From: an uncultured Chloroflexia bacterium | Lineage (GTDB): Bacteria > Chloroflexota > Chloroflexia > Thermomicrobiales > Thermomicrobiaceae | Reading direction: 5' to 3' | DNA: 64,000 nucleotides | Assembly: GCA_963789565.1 (NCBI GenBank) | Contig: CAWBKX010000001.1 | Coordinates: forward strand, 11,004-75,003 | Shown: piece after piece, positions 36,434-46,014 of the stretch | How positions within the stretch are numbered: the stretch's first letter is position 1 | Layout: every line of letters starts with the position of its first letter | Notes under the pieces: model-generated | What the model was told of the DNA's origin: nothing | Seen by the model: only the letters and a program-made list of their open reading frames with translations | Database searches by the model: none | Translations under genes and position numbers: made by a program

Positions 36434-37530
36434 CGCACTTTCCCTCGCGCGATCACATCCCAGCAGCCGGTCACTTCACCGTCACGCACGACGAACATCT
36501 CGTCTTGCAGGTTCACTGTCGGGCAGACGTGATTGGGGATGATCTCGATACGATCACCGACTTTGAGGTCGCGCGCGTTTTCCGGCAGTTCGATGACGCC
36601 GTGCTCCTCGCTCACGCGCACGATCGTCGCATCCGGATATTCGACGACGTAGCCGTAGCCTATTTTGGAGGGCGACGGGTCCATAGCCAATGTCTTGGAA
36701 CCGGCGTCGACCACAGCACGGTCTGGCGACGGGCGGCTCACCACCGTGGCAAGAATGCGCAAGGCGCAGCGCTCGGGCGTGATGCGTCCAAAGCGGAAGG
36801 CGGTATTGTCATTGAAGACGTAGGTGCCTGGGCGCATCTCGGTAATGCCTTCGATGGTGGTCGTGGCGAACGCGGCCGGGGTCGAGCCGACGCTGACCAC
36901 GTCGATATCGAAGCCGTTCTCGCGCAGGAGCGTGGCCGTCGAGACCAGGTTTTTCCCCGCCTCGCGCGCGATTTCGCCGAGATCTTCAGCATCCTTCGCC
37001 GCGGCTACATGACCCTCATGCGTCATGATGCCGCGGATGCGCAGGCCGCGCATCTCCCCGACCCGCTCGGCGAGATCGAGCACTTCTTCGCCTGGTCTCA
37101 ATCCGGCGCGGTTCAGACCGGTGTTGACTTCGAGCAGCACGTCCAGTCGCTTTCCCTCTTGTTCACAGGCGTCCGAGAGGCGTTGCGCCGCGTCAACTCC
37201 ATCAACCGCGACCATCATGTGGGCGCGATCCATGAGTGACAAGAGCCGTCGGATCTTCTGCTCTCCAACGATCTCGTTGGCGACCAGGACGTCACCGAGC
37301 GCTCCGGACTCGATCAGTACCTCTGCTTCGCCCAGCTTGGCGCACGTCCCACCGATCGCGCCTGCTTCGATCTGCATGCGCGCGATTTCGGCCGTCTTGT
37401 GCGTCTTCTGATGGGGTCGGACCTTGATTCCGCGCTGTCCGGCATACTCCGCCATCTCGGCCACGTTTTGCTCGAGAATCTCCTGATGCACCACGAGACA
37501 CGGAGTATCCAACGCCTCTTTGAAACTCAT
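36430..37530 (-). CDS. PLP-dependent D-serine dehydratase-like / D-threonine aldolase family enzyme (alanine-racemase N-terminal fold)
   Basis: It has KVRPHQKTHKTAEIA (PLP lysine context) and the C-terminal EEHGVI ... IIPNHVC. Confidence 0.75.
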   Translation of the reverse strand: MSFKEALDTPCLVVHQEILEQNVAEMAEYAGQRGIKVRPHQKTHKTAEIARMQIEAGAIGGTCAKLGEAEVLIESGALGDVLVANEIVGEQKIRRLLSLMDRAHMMVAVDGVDAAQRLSDACEQEGKRLDVLLEVNTGLNRAGLRPGEEVLDLAERVGEMRGLRIRGIMTHEGHVAAAKDAEDLGEIAREAGKNLVSTATLLRENGFDIDVVSVGSTPAAFATTTIEGITEMRPGTYVFNDNTAFRFGRITPERCALRILATVVSRPSPDRAVVDAGSKTLAMDPSPSKIGYGYVVEYPDATIVRVSEEHGVIELPENARDLKVGDRIEIIPNHVCPTVNLQDEMFVVRDGEVTGCWDVIARGKVR

Positions 37531-37551
37531 TTCTCGCCCCTTCGCCTGCTG

Positions 37552-38604
37552 CTATACCGGCCACTTCTTGCCGCTGGTGTCGATCCAGCGTGCGAGCTCC
37601 TGACTCTTTGCCGCACCGTCGACGATCTCCTGGACCTTCATGCCATCTTCGAACGACGGTGCGCGCGGTATTCCGCTCAAGATCCCGTTGGCCCAATCGT
37701 AAGCGAGCTGAGTGAATGGGCCAACACGCTGGTCGACTGTCTTCGGCAGATCGAATGTCAGATCGTCTGGAATCGCGAGCTCGGAGATCGACTGTTGACC
37801 GCGTTTGGTTCCAAAGATCTTACCGTCATTACGCACCGCCAGAACGCCATCTGTCCCGACGGCTACCATCTCGTCACCAAGGTCAACGGGAGACGAAGAA
37901 CAGGCGTGGATGGTGGCAATCGCTCCAGATCCAAACTGGAGGAGGATCGAGAAGTTGGAGTCCGCTTGCTCTGCATCGACGTCGGCGAGCGCAGGGGTCG
38001 TGCGTGCGCCGGCCACCGCGTGTACGTCGCCGAACCACCAGCGCAGTGTGTCAACGTAGTCGTATCCCAGCTGCTGAATGAGGCTGAGCCGGGGTTCGAG
38101 CGGCATCATCGAGCGGCGTCGAACGTAGGGCGAGCGGAACGCTGTCACGCTTACCGACTGAAGTTCGCCTATATAGCCGCCGTCGATGAGCTGTTTGGCG
38201 CGCATGCGGGCCGGGACGAAGCGCGACGGGAAGACGATCGATCCCTGCACCTGGCCATCTCGCGCCACCCGATGCATGTCGCGCGCTTCGGCACCGGTGC
38301 GCGCCATGGGCGAATCACACAGGATGTGAAGTCCACTTTCGACGGCGGCAACGACGAGACCATGATGGAGCTCGGTCGGAGCAGCGATGGTGATGGCGTC
38401 AAGCCCTGCCCGCCGATACATGACCCGGTAGTCGTCGAAATAATTCGGAATCTGGTAGCGCGCGGCAATCGACGAGACAGGGCTTCCATCCGCCGGCGCG
38501 ACGGCAACCAGTTCGATGTGCGGGACCTGCCGCAGACCTGGAATGTGAATGGCGGCGCCTTCCGCCGTTCCTACGACTCCCACGCGGAGCGGTTTGGTAT
38601 GCAC
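37552..38604 (-). CDS. Gfo/Idh/MocA family oxidoreductase
   Basis: The N-terminal LRVGVVGTAEGAAIH is a Rossmann fold. It also has an EL.H. region (APTELHHGLV). Confidence 0.8.
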   Translation of the reverse strand: MHTKPLRVGVVGTAEGAAIHIPGLRQVPHIELVAVAPADGSPVSSIAARYQIPNYFDDYRVMYRRAGLDAITIAAPTELHHGLVVAAVESGLHILCDSPMARTGAEARDMHRVARDGQVQGSIVFPSRFVPARMRAKQLIDGGYIGELQSVSVTAFRSPYVRRRSMMPLEPRLSLIQQLGYDYVDTLRWWFGDVHAVAGARTTPALADVDAEQADSNFSILLQFGSGAIATIHACSSSPVDLGDEMVAVGTDGVLAVRNDGKIFGTKRGQQSISELAIPDDLTFDLPKTVDQRVGPFTQLAYDWANGILSGIPRAPSFEDGMKVQEIVDGAAKSQELARWIDTSGKKWPV

Positions 38605-38680
38605 GAAGCGAGTGTCCCTCCAGAGCGACGAGAATTTTCGATCAAGTATGTTCAGACGCTACGCGCGGTGCAACGTACGG

Positions 38681-39334
38681 TCACTCACCGGGCAAAATCC
38701 GTACACGACGGCCTTCCAACCGGAGTCGATCGTCACAGAAGAGTCGCACGGCCTGCGGATAGAGCTCGCATTCGCGTTGAAAGACGCGCGCACCGAGCGT
38801 TTCAGGATCATCATCTTCGAGCACCGGCACGCACGACTGCACAATGATCGGTCCGGCGTCGTAGTTCTCGTCCACGAAATGCACAGTGCAGCCTGAAACC
38901 TTCATTCCCGATGCCAGGACGTTCTCATGCACTGTATTGCCGAAGTTTCCCCGACCGCCAAAGAGCGGAAGTAGGGCTGGATGAATGTTCATGACCCGTC
39001 CGAGATACTGGTCCGGAATCTCGATCTTGGAGAGGAAACCAGCCATCAGCACCAGGTCCGGTCGCTCCTGACGCAGGATCTCGTGCACGTCATCACTGAA
39101 GGCTTGCCATGTAGCGAAGGATCGGCGTGCAACGATTGACAGCGGGACGTCCGCTTCTCGAGCTACGTCGACGCCGCGAACACGCGCTCGGCTGCTGATC
39201 ACTCGCGTGAAGTCAACGTCGATGCGTCCTTCGTGATTCGCGCGGATCAGGTTCTCCAGCGTCCGACCGGATCCCGACAGCAAGACGACGACACGTTTGC
39301 GCGCGGACTCACGTTCATCCGAACCGGATTTCAT
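38681..39334 (-). CDS. purN: Phosphoribosylglycinamide formyltransferase
   Basis: It has VVVLLSGSGRTLENL, LVLMAGFLSKI, MNIHPALLPLFGG and a DAGPII block. Confidence 0.9.
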   Translation of the reverse strand: MKSGSDERESARKRVVVLLSGSGRTLENLIRANHEGRIDVDFTRVISSRARVRGVDVAREADVPLSIVARRSFATWQAFSDDVHEILRQERPDLVLMAGFLSKIEIPDQYLGRVMNIHPALLPLFGGRGNFGNTVHENVLASGMKVSGCTVHFVDENYDAGPIIVQSCVPVLEDDDPETLGARVFQRECELYPQAVRLFCDDRLRLEGRRVRILPGE

Positions 39335-39462
39335 TGGTCAGTCCACCTCCCGCGGCGATGATACACGGTTCCACCGACGGACATCGGAGAGCGGGAATCA
39401 CGCGGTAGAATAGGGGCACATTTGATCTGTCCGCTTTCAGCGCTCGAAGGCAAGGAGCTCAA

Positions 39463-41082
39463 TTGCAGACCGAGCAGAATTCGACCAGACGCTCCAACGA
39501 TGACATCGTGCCGGACGAACCGTCTACCGGTTCGATGGGCCTGGACGAGTCGGTCGACGCGGTGGTCGCGCTTGATTTTGGAGCGCAGTACGCGCAACTG
39601 ATCACCCGGCGGGTGCGCGAGGCCAACGTCTATTGCGAGATGTTGCCGCATGACGTGACATGGGAAGAGGTCGAACACCTGCACCCACGCGGAGTGATCC
39701 TCTCGGGCGGGCCCATGAGCGTTTACGCTCCGGGCGCGCCGAAAATGCCGGACTGGGTGCTGGAGCGCGAACTGCCCGTGTTGGGAATCTGTTACGGCAT
39801 GCAATTGCTGGCCGACGCCCTGGGCGGTAAGGTCGCCGAGGCGACCGATCGCGAATTCGGTCCCGCGAGTATTCGCGTCACCCATAACGAGGGCATCTTC
39901 AAGGATTTGCCGGAAAACGTTGATGTCTGGATGAGCCATGGCGATCGTATCGACGCTCTTCCGGACGGCTTCGTATCGCTGGCGGAGACGACCAACTCGC
40001 CCTTCGCCGCGATGAGCCGCGGCAACCTGGTTGGTCTGCAATTTCACCCGGAGGTCGCTCACACGCCGCTCGGCGGCGCCATGCTGCGCAATTTTCTGTA
40101 CGACGTCTGCGGCTGCACCGGCAATTGGAGCTCCGAATCTTTCGTCCACACGGCCATTGAGGCCATCCGCGCGGAGGTCGGCTCGGAGCGGGTACTGCTG
40201 GCCCTTTCCGGAGGCGTCGATTCGTCGGTCGTGGCAGCGCTGATCCATCGGGCCATCGGCGACCAACTGACACCCGTCTTCGTCAACACTGGAATGCTGC
40301 GCGAAGGCGAAGCCGAGACGGTGCGCGAAGTCTTTGGCCGCCATTTCCACATGAACCTGGTCTACGTCGACGCGACCGAGCGCTTCCTCGAGCGACTCTC
40401 CGGAGTCATCGATCCCGAGGAGAAGCGCAAAATCATCGGCGACGAGTTCGTGCGGGTCTTCGAGCGCGCAGCGGAAGAGCATGGGCCTTTCAAGTATCTG
40501 GCGCAGGGCACGCTCTATCCGGACGTGATCGAGAGCGCTACGAAGATCTCCAAGACGGCCGACAAAATCAAGACGCACCACAACGTCGGCGGGTTACCCG
40601 AAGACTTGAAGTTTGAGCTGATCGAGCCGTTGCGTCTTCTCTTCAAGGATGAGGTGCGCACCGCGGGTAAGCTGCTCGGCCTACCGGACGAAATCGTCAA
40701 TCGGCAGCCGTTTCCTGGGCCGGGACTGGCAGTCCGAATCCTCGGCCCGGTTCGAGAGGAATCCCTGGCGATCTTGCGGCGCGCCGACGCCATTGTTCGC
40801 CAGGAGATTGAAGCGGCGGGGCTTGCCGACGAGATCTGGCAGTTCTTTGCCGTTCTCCTGCCGGTGCAATCGACCGGAGTCATGGGGGACAGCCGCACCT
40901 ACGCGCAGGTCTGCGCCATCCGCGCGGTTAACAGCGAAGATGCCATGACGGCCGATTGGGCTCGATTGCCGTACGATCTGCTTGCACGCATGAGCAACCG
41001 CATCGTCAATGAAGTGCGCGGCATCAACCGCGTGGTCTACGATATCTCGAGCAAGCCGCCATCCACCATCGAGTGGGAGTAA
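39463..41082 (+). CDS. guaA: GMP synthase (glutamine-hydrolysing)
   Basis: TTG start 5 nt after AAGGAG. It has [32 protein letters not shown] (P-loop) and a C-terminal STIEWE. Confidence 0.92.
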   Translation: MQTEQNSTRRSNDDIVPDEPSTGSMGLDESVDAVVALDFGAQYAQLITRRVREANVYCEMLPHDVTWEEVEHLHPRGVILSGGPMSVYAPGAPKMPDWVLERELPVLGICYGMQLLADALGGKVAEATDREFGPASIRVTHNEGIFKDLPENVDVWMSHGDRIDALPDGFVSLAETTNSPFAAMSRGNLVGLQFHPEVAHTPLGGAMLRNFLYDVCGCTGNWSSESFVHTAIEAIRAEVGSERVLLALSGGVDSSVVAALIHRAIGDQLTPVFVNTGMLREGEAETVREVFGRHFHMNLVYVDATERFLERLSGVIDPEEKRKIIGDEFVRVFERAAEEHGPFKYLAQGTLYPDVIESATKISKTADKIKTHHNVGGLPEDLKFELIEPLRLLFKDEVRTAGKLLGLPDEIVNRQPFPGPGLAVRILGPVREESLAILRRADAIVRQEIEAAGLADEIWQFFAVLLPVQSTGVMGDSRTYAQVCAIRAVNSEDAMTADWARLPYDLLARMSNRIVNEVRGINRVVYDISSKPPSTIEWE

Positions 41083-41088
41083 CCAAGC

Positions 41089-42369
41089 GTGTCGAAAAGG
41101 GTTCTGGTCGTCGGAAGCGGCGCCCGAGAGCATGCACTTGTCTGGAAGTTGGCGCAGTCGCCTCAGGTCGAGGCGATTTTCGTCGCTCCAGGCAATGCGG
41201 GCACGTCACGGATCGCGACCAACCTTCCAATCGCAGCGACAGACACCAACGCATTGTTGTCCGCGGTAAAGCGCGAGCGCATCGATTTCACCGTAGTTGG
41301 ACCTGAAGATCCGCTTGCAGATGGGCTGGCCGACGCCTTCATCGCTCACGATCTTGCGGTCTTCGGACCCGTAGCCGACGCGGCTCGTATCGAAAGCAGC
41401 AAGACCTGGGCAAAAGAGCTCATGCAGATTGCGGGCGTTCCCACCGCGCGCTCACAGCGCTTCACTGATCTCAATGAGGCTCTTGACGCGGTCTTCGACG
41501 TCGAGTTGCCGGTTGTGATCAAGGCGGATGGGTTGGCCGCCGGAAAGGGAGTCATCGTCGCCGAGACGCGAGCTGATGCCGAGCAGGCAGTTCGCTCGAT
41601 GCTCGGTGAAGGCGCGTTCGGATCCGCGGGCCAGGAGATCCTCATTGAGGACTACATGGTCGGACGCGAAGTCTCCGTGCTGGCACTGACCGACGGAGAG
41701 ACCACCTATCCACTCCTTCCGGCATGCGACTATAAGCGCGCACTGGACGACGATCAAGGCCTCAACACGGGGGGAATGGGCGCCTACGCACCGGTACCAG
41801 CGGCGGATGAGGCGCTGCAGCGACGAGTATTGGATGAAATCATCAGTCCGACAATTGCCGAGCTCCACAAACGCGGCATCACCTATCGCGGAGTGCTCTA
41901 TGCCGGTTTGATGCTCACTGACAGCGGTCCGATGGTGATCGAATTCAACTGTCGTTTTGGTGACCCTGAGACCGAGGTTGTCTTGCCAATGCTGCGTGAG
42001 GACTTGCTGCCATATCTGATCGCGTGCGCCGACGGAACGCTTGGATCGCTCCCCGCACCCACCTGGTACGACGGCGCGTGTGTTTCCGTGGTGCTGGCCT
42101 CCGGTGGTTATCCGCTCGGCTACCACAAAGGCTACGAGATCAGCGGCTTGAGTCAGTTCCACGACGACGTCGTCGCGTTCCACGCGGGAACCTCGCTCGA
42201 TGCTGCTGGTCGCGTCGTGACCAGCGGCGGCCGTGTGCTGGCGATCACCGCACGGGGCGTCTCGATGGAGTCAGCCCGCTCCCGAGCCTACCAAGCCGTC
42301 GACCAGGTTGCGTTCCAGGATCTCCACTTTCGTCACGACATCGCCCTGCGCGAAGTCGCCAAATCGTAG
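41089..42369 (+). CDS. purD: Phosphoribosylamine--glycine ligase
   Basis: GTG start. It has RVLVVGSGAREHALVWKL, ATP-grasp blocks (VIKADGLAAGKGV, VIEFNCRFGDPE) and GGRVL. Confidence 0.92.
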   Translation: MSKRVLVVGSGAREHALVWKLAQSPQVEAIFVAPGNAGTSRIATNLPIAATDTNALLSAVKRERIDFTVVGPEDPLADGLADAFIAHDLAVFGPVADAARIESSKTWAKELMQIAGVPTARSQRFTDLNEALDAVFDVELPVVIKADGLAAGKGVIVAETRADAEQAVRSMLGEGAFGSAGQEILIEDYMVGREVSVLALTDGETTYPLLPACDYKRALDDDQGLNTGGMGAYAPVPAADEALQRRVLDEIISPTIAELHKRGITYRGVLYAGLMLTDSGPMVIEFNCRFGDPETEVVLPMLREDLLPYLIACADGTLGSLPAPTWYDGACVSVVLASGGYPLGYHKGYEISGLSQFHDDVVAFHAGTSLDAAGRVVTSGGRVLAITARGVSMESARSRAYQAVDQVAFQDLHFRHDIALREVAKS

Positions 42370-42700
42370 CCACGTCGCGCTTCCGTCTGTGCGGGCGACG
42401 CATGCGTTGCTCACCTCGCCGTAATGCCTCGTCCTTGACCATCGCTCTGTGAGCGCCCCAACGGTTGGGGGCGAAGGCAAGCTTCGTCAACGATGAATTG
42501 TTCGACCCCGGAGCGATCGATCAATACTCGCCCCTACCTGTACGGCAATATGAGTGGCCCATATGTCGGTCAAGCCGCGAGCAAGCGGTGGGCGACGCAT
42601 ACGTCGCCCGTACACGCGAAAGCCGCACGTTCCGTAGAAATGGAGCTTTGGCGCGCGGAGATCAGACCGAACTCATCCGAGAATCGCGCGTTAAAGACGT

Positions 42701-42724
42701 TCCGGAGAGCCGCAGCCCTCCGGA
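42701..42724 (-). terminator. Hairpin terminator candidate downstream of the response regulator
   Basis: On the minus strand the sequence is UCCGGAG-10 nt-CUCCGGA followed by ACGUCUUUAA. It lies ~38 nt after the stop at 42762. Confidence 0.35.
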
Positions 42725-42761
42725 GACGCCAAGTGGGGATGGAAGGAGACCGGTAAATTCG

Positions 42762-43496
42762 TCAGGCAGTTGCCGGTGGCCCGATGGCGATCCAGCCGTT
42801 CCGCACGGCACAGAGCACCGCTTGAACGCGATCGTTGACATCCAGCTTGCGGAGCACCGACGTCATATGATTCTTGACCGTCTGCTCGGTAATAAAGAGC
42901 TCATCGGCGATCTCTTTGTTGGAAAGGCCCTGCGCGACGCAGTCAAGCACTTCAATCTCGCGAACCGAGAGCGGAAGCTTGGGACTCGATGGAAGGATGC
43001 TCTCGGACTCGGATTCTTCGCCGTCGCCGGTTAGCTGACGGAACTCGGTCAGCACTCGCCAGGCCAGCTCCGGTCGCGACAACACCGCCGTGTTGATGAT
43101 CTGCTCGCCGCGAATGACACGCTCAAGCGAATTTGTCAGCTCGGACGCTTCAATGTCTTTGGTAAGGAAGGCTGAAGCACCTGCGCGAACGGCTTCAAAT
43201 AGGCGTTCGTCGTCAATGTGCATCGAAAGAATCACGACGTGCATGGATGGGTGCTGCTTCTTGAGGATGCGTGCGACGTTGAGTCCGGTGATGCCCGGAA
43301 GCTGCACGTCGATCAGCGCGAGGTTGGGTCGATGAATGTCCGCTTCGCGAATCGCCTCGTGTCCATTGGCCGCCTCCGCCACCACGGTAAAGGCGCCACC
43401 TTCCGCAATAAGTCGTTTCAAACCTTGGCGGAAGAGTGGGTGATCGTCCACGATGAGTACGCGCTTTTCCGCGGAAGCCTGTCGTCGCCGTTCCAT
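42762..43496 (-). CDS. NarL/FixJ (LuxR-type HTH) response regulator
   Basis: ATG at 43496 (GGGGGA upstream). The receiver domain has RVLIVDDHPLFRQGL ... IDVQLPG. The HTH is LSVREIEVLDCVAQGLSNKEIADELFITEQTVKNHM. Confidence 0.85.
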   Translation of the reverse strand: MERRRQASAEKRVLIVDDHPLFRQGLKRLIAEGGAFTVVAEAANGHEAIREADIHRPNLALIDVQLPGITGLNVARILKKQHPSMHVVILSMHIDDERLFEAVRAGASAFLTKDIEASELTNSLERVIRGEQIINTAVLSRPELAWRVLTEFRQLTGDGEESESESILPSSPKLPLSVREIEVLDCVAQGLSNKEIADELFITEQTVKNHMTSVLRKLDVNDRVQAVLCAVRNGWIAIGPPATA

Positions 43497-43836
43497 TGCG
43501 TCCCCCGTAATCGCGTCAGCGCTCAAGGCGCCTTCCAACCCCAGTGCATCTCCCCCTTGCAGGGCCGTCCCCCCTGCTCGTTTCCTGTCTTCTACTCTAG
43601 GTGAGGTGCTGTCCAACCCACATAGGCGAAAGTGGCCGACCGGGGGAGGCCGCAAGTACTAGTCTGGTCGGTAAACCTTGTGACTTGACCCGACGACACA
43701 CGTTTGTATTGGCCAAAATCTGTGCCGCTCAGTCATCGTACCATGTGTACGTACACTCTGTAAATACAGAGCGATGTGAGTACCGATGGGGGAGGAATGT
43801 GCGAATTTCCGGGACTGCGTTGGGACTTTAGTCTGG

Positions 43837-44367
43837 CTAAAGCCCAGTTCCGAGCCACGCGAGCAACCCGATGATGGTCTTCGAGTCGACGATCTCACCG
43901 GACTTGATCTTGTCGGTGACAGATTCGACCTGTACGGTCACAACCTGAAGGTCCTCGTCTGCCTCCGTCTCGGCCGCTCCAGAATTGAGACCAGTAGCGA
44001 CGAAAATAATGACTTCTTCATCTGCCCATCCCGGACTAACGTAGAAGCGAACGAGCTCACGCACCTCGTCGGCGCGGTAACCCGTCTCTTCACGTAGCTC
44101 GCGAATCGCGGTTTGAAGCGCTGGTTCATTCGGTTCACGAGTTCCGGCGGGAAGCTCGAGCGTCTCGCGGCCGATGGGATGGCGGTATTGCTGCACGAGA
44201 ACCAGATCACCATTCGGCAGTACTGGCACAAGGGCCACAGCCCCGGGATGTTCCACAACTTCGCGACGATGCTCGCTGCCATCCTCCATCCGCACCGTGT
44301 CGACTCGCACGTTGATCAACCGCCCGTCGAAAGCTCGCTGACTTGCGACCACCGTCTCGCCCGCCAT
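43837..44367 (-). CDS. NUDIX hydrolase (ADP-ribose pyrophosphatase-like)
   Basis: ATG at 44367 after GGAGGG. The Nudix box is GTREPNEPALQTAIRELREETGY. The longer tracked ORF runs through the tRNA gene, so I trimmed it. Confidence 0.8.
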   Translation of the reverse strand: MAGETVVASQRAFDGRLINVRVDTVRMEDGSEHRREVVEHPGAVALVPVLPNGDLVLVQQYRHPIGRETLELPAGTREPNEPALQTAIRELREETGYRADEVRELVRFYVSPGWADEEVIIFVATGLNSGAAETEADEDLQVVTVQVESVTDKIKSGEIVDSKTIIGLLAWLGTGL

Positions 44368-44446
44368 TCCGCCCTCCATTTCACGAGATCCGAGAGACCA
44401 GATCGCACAAAACAAAAAACGGCAGCGACCGAATGGTCCTGCCGGG

Positions 44447-44517
44447 AGGCGCCGGGCGGATTCGAACCGCCGATCAGAGTTTTGCAGACTCCTGCCTTGC
44501 CGCTTGGCTACGGCGCC
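44447..44517 (-). tRNA. tRNA-Cys (GCA)
   Basis: The minus-strand sequence is GGCGCCGTAGCCAAGCGGCAAGGCAGGAGTCTGCAAAACTCTGATCGGCGGTTCGAATCCGCCCGGCGCCT. It has a 7-bp acceptor stem, a GGCGG/CCGCC T-stem with a TTCGAAT loop, and an anticodon loop CT-GCA-AA. CCA is not encoded. Confidence 0.85.
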
Positions 44518-44765
44518 AGATTCTCTTGTGGACCGCGATTGTAGCACGGGGTTGTTTGATGGGGCCAGCCAATAACAACAACAAGCTTGCTCAACCTGTT
44601 CTCGAAGTCAGCGAATTATGGTCGCCCCTTTGAAATCGCCGCAAATCCTATCAAGTACTAGCCCATTCTTCCCTTTCGGATGGAATGTGCCGGGAGTACG
44701 ATGAGAATGCATTTGGTGACGTTCGTGGAATGTATCAAGCGACGATTCCGGTCGGAGGTAGTAGC

Positions 44766-45386
44766 ATGGACGCGACGCTCTTTGGTCTTGTCCATCGGCT
44801 CCCAGGTTCCTTCCAGACGTTGAGTTTGGAGCAGTTCATGAACGTCGTCGAAGTGCAACCCCTCACCCTCTCTGACGGCTCCGTCATTCCGTCACGCTTC
44901 ATTCGGCCATCGGATGCCGAAGCATTGCAACGTTTTCACCGCAGGCTGAGCGACAGCACGATCTATTCACGCCACTTCGGGTTCGTGCCAGAGCTGTCGG
45001 ACGCTCAGGCGCACTATTTCACCAACGTGGATGGCGTCGATAGATGTGCCCTGGTCGCGCTCGACCCCGAGCGTCCGCATGAGATCGTCGCCGTCGTGCG
45101 CTATGACCGAGATCCAAGCGGCAAAACCGCTGAATACGCGGCGCTGGTTGAGGATCGCTGGCAAGGTCGCGGCGTCGGAGTAGGGCTCACTCGAGTGCTC
45201 ATCCGGACCGCGCGACAAAATGGCGTCCGAAATCTGTATGCGCTCGTTCTCGCGGGAAACGTGCGCATGATCCGGCTGCTGCACTCGCTCGGATTGCCCA
45301 CCACGACCAAATTCGTCGACGGCACGGATCGCGTGGAGGTAACGCTCGAGGAGCCGCAAGCGGCCTCGGACGGATTCGGTCTCTAA
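44766..45386 (+). CDS. GNAT family N-acetyltransferase
   Basis: It has the acetyl-CoA motif WQGRGVGVGLTRVLIRTARQNG. The start is uncertain: ATG 44766 follows GGAGG, and ATG 44838 is an alternative. Confidence 0.7.
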   Translation: MDATLFGLVHRLPGSFQTLSLEQFMNVVEVQPLTLSDGSVIPSRFIRPSDAEALQRFHRRLSDSTIYSRHFGFVPELSDAQAHYFTNVDGVDRCALVALDPERPHEIVAVVRYDRDPSGKTAEYAALVEDRWQGRGVGVGLTRVLIRTARQNGVRNLYALVLAGNVRMIRLLHSLGLPTTTKFVDGTDRVEVTLEEPQAASDGFGL

Positions 45387-45398
45387 CCACAGTCGCTG

Positions 45399-45989
45399 TC
45401 AGTGGGATGAGCCAGCTTTTCTGAGGTCGTCGACGAGTTGCTGGTACTTTTCGTCGCGATCACGGAACGGCCGTAGCAGATAGGCCGGGTGATACGTCGT
45501 CAGCACGCGTGTGCCCTCTGGTCCCTCAACCCATTGCCCGCGTTCCTTGCTGATCTTGACGGAACGCCCCAAAACAGCTGAGGCTGCCGTGGCGCCCAGG
45601 CAAACGACCGATCGAGGCTCAATGATGCCGAGCTCGTCGTCCAGAAATCGACGAAAGGCTTTCCGCTCTTCAGTCGAGGGTGGTCGATTTCTTCGGCGTC
45701 CATTGGCGCCCGGCTCGGTTGGTCGGATCTTGACCACGTTGGTGATCCAGACCTTGTCGCGATCCAACCCTGCCTCTTCGAGCGCCTGATCCAACAGCTT
45801 GCCTGCGCGCCCGACGAACGGTTTGCCCTGGCGTTCTTCATCGGCACCGGGTGCTTCCCCTACCAGCACCACGTCTGATTCCGGATTCCCAGTTCCGAAA
45901 ACCAGTCGACACTCACCGCGAACGGCCGATACGTCAGCGGAATCCTCGATGCGTTTCGCCAGGCGATTCAGTGCTTCACGATTCGTCAT
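45399..45989 (-). CDS. Uracil-DNA glycosylase, family 4
   Basis: It has [30 protein letters not shown] and YHPAYLLR. The ATG at 45989 avoids overlap with the upstream adenine deaminase gene. Confidence 0.8.
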   Translation of the reverse strand: MTNREALNRLAKRIEDSADVSAVRGECRLVFGTGNPESDVVLVGEAPGADEERQGKPFVGRAGKLLDQALEEAGLDRDKVWITNVVKIRPTEPGANGRRRNRPPSTEERKAFRRFLDDELGIIEPRSVVCLGATAASAVLGRSVKISKERGQWVEGPEGTRVLTTYHPAYLLRPFRDRDEKYQQLVDDLRKAGSSH

Positions 45990-46014
45990 GAACGTCTCAA
46001 ATCGAGTTGACCAA

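Noticed and set aside
37399-38847. 482-aa plus-strand ORF
   Set aside because: It lies antisense to two well-supported minus-strand genes, the PLP enzyme and the Gfo/Idh/MocA oxidoreductase. Its composition is Arg/His/Ala-rich and low in complexity, with no motifs. This is the typical shadow ORF of a high-GC genome.
39331-40581. 416-aa minus-strand ORF
   Set aside because: It is antisense to guaA, which has unmistakable GMP synthase motifs. The shadow ORF has no recognisable domain and an Arg/Asp/His-biased composition.
42370-42700. ~330-bp gene-free stretch downstream of the orphan response regulator, examined for a decayed partner histidine kinase or small RNA
   Set aside because: Translations in all frames show no H-box or ATPase remnants. 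Only weak hairpins are present, for example 42453-42473. I cannot support any feature without an RNA-seq or covariance-model search.
44447-44517. tRNA-Cys as a possible genomic-island integration site
   Set aside because: There is no integrase, no direct repeat of the tRNA 3' end and no compositional shift in the flanks. The neighbours are ordinary housekeeping genes.
44368-44547. Upstream extension of the NUDIX ORF
   Set aside because: It runs straight through the tRNA-Cys gene. An internal ATG at 44367 with a GGAGGG RBS gives a normal-length NUDIX protein.
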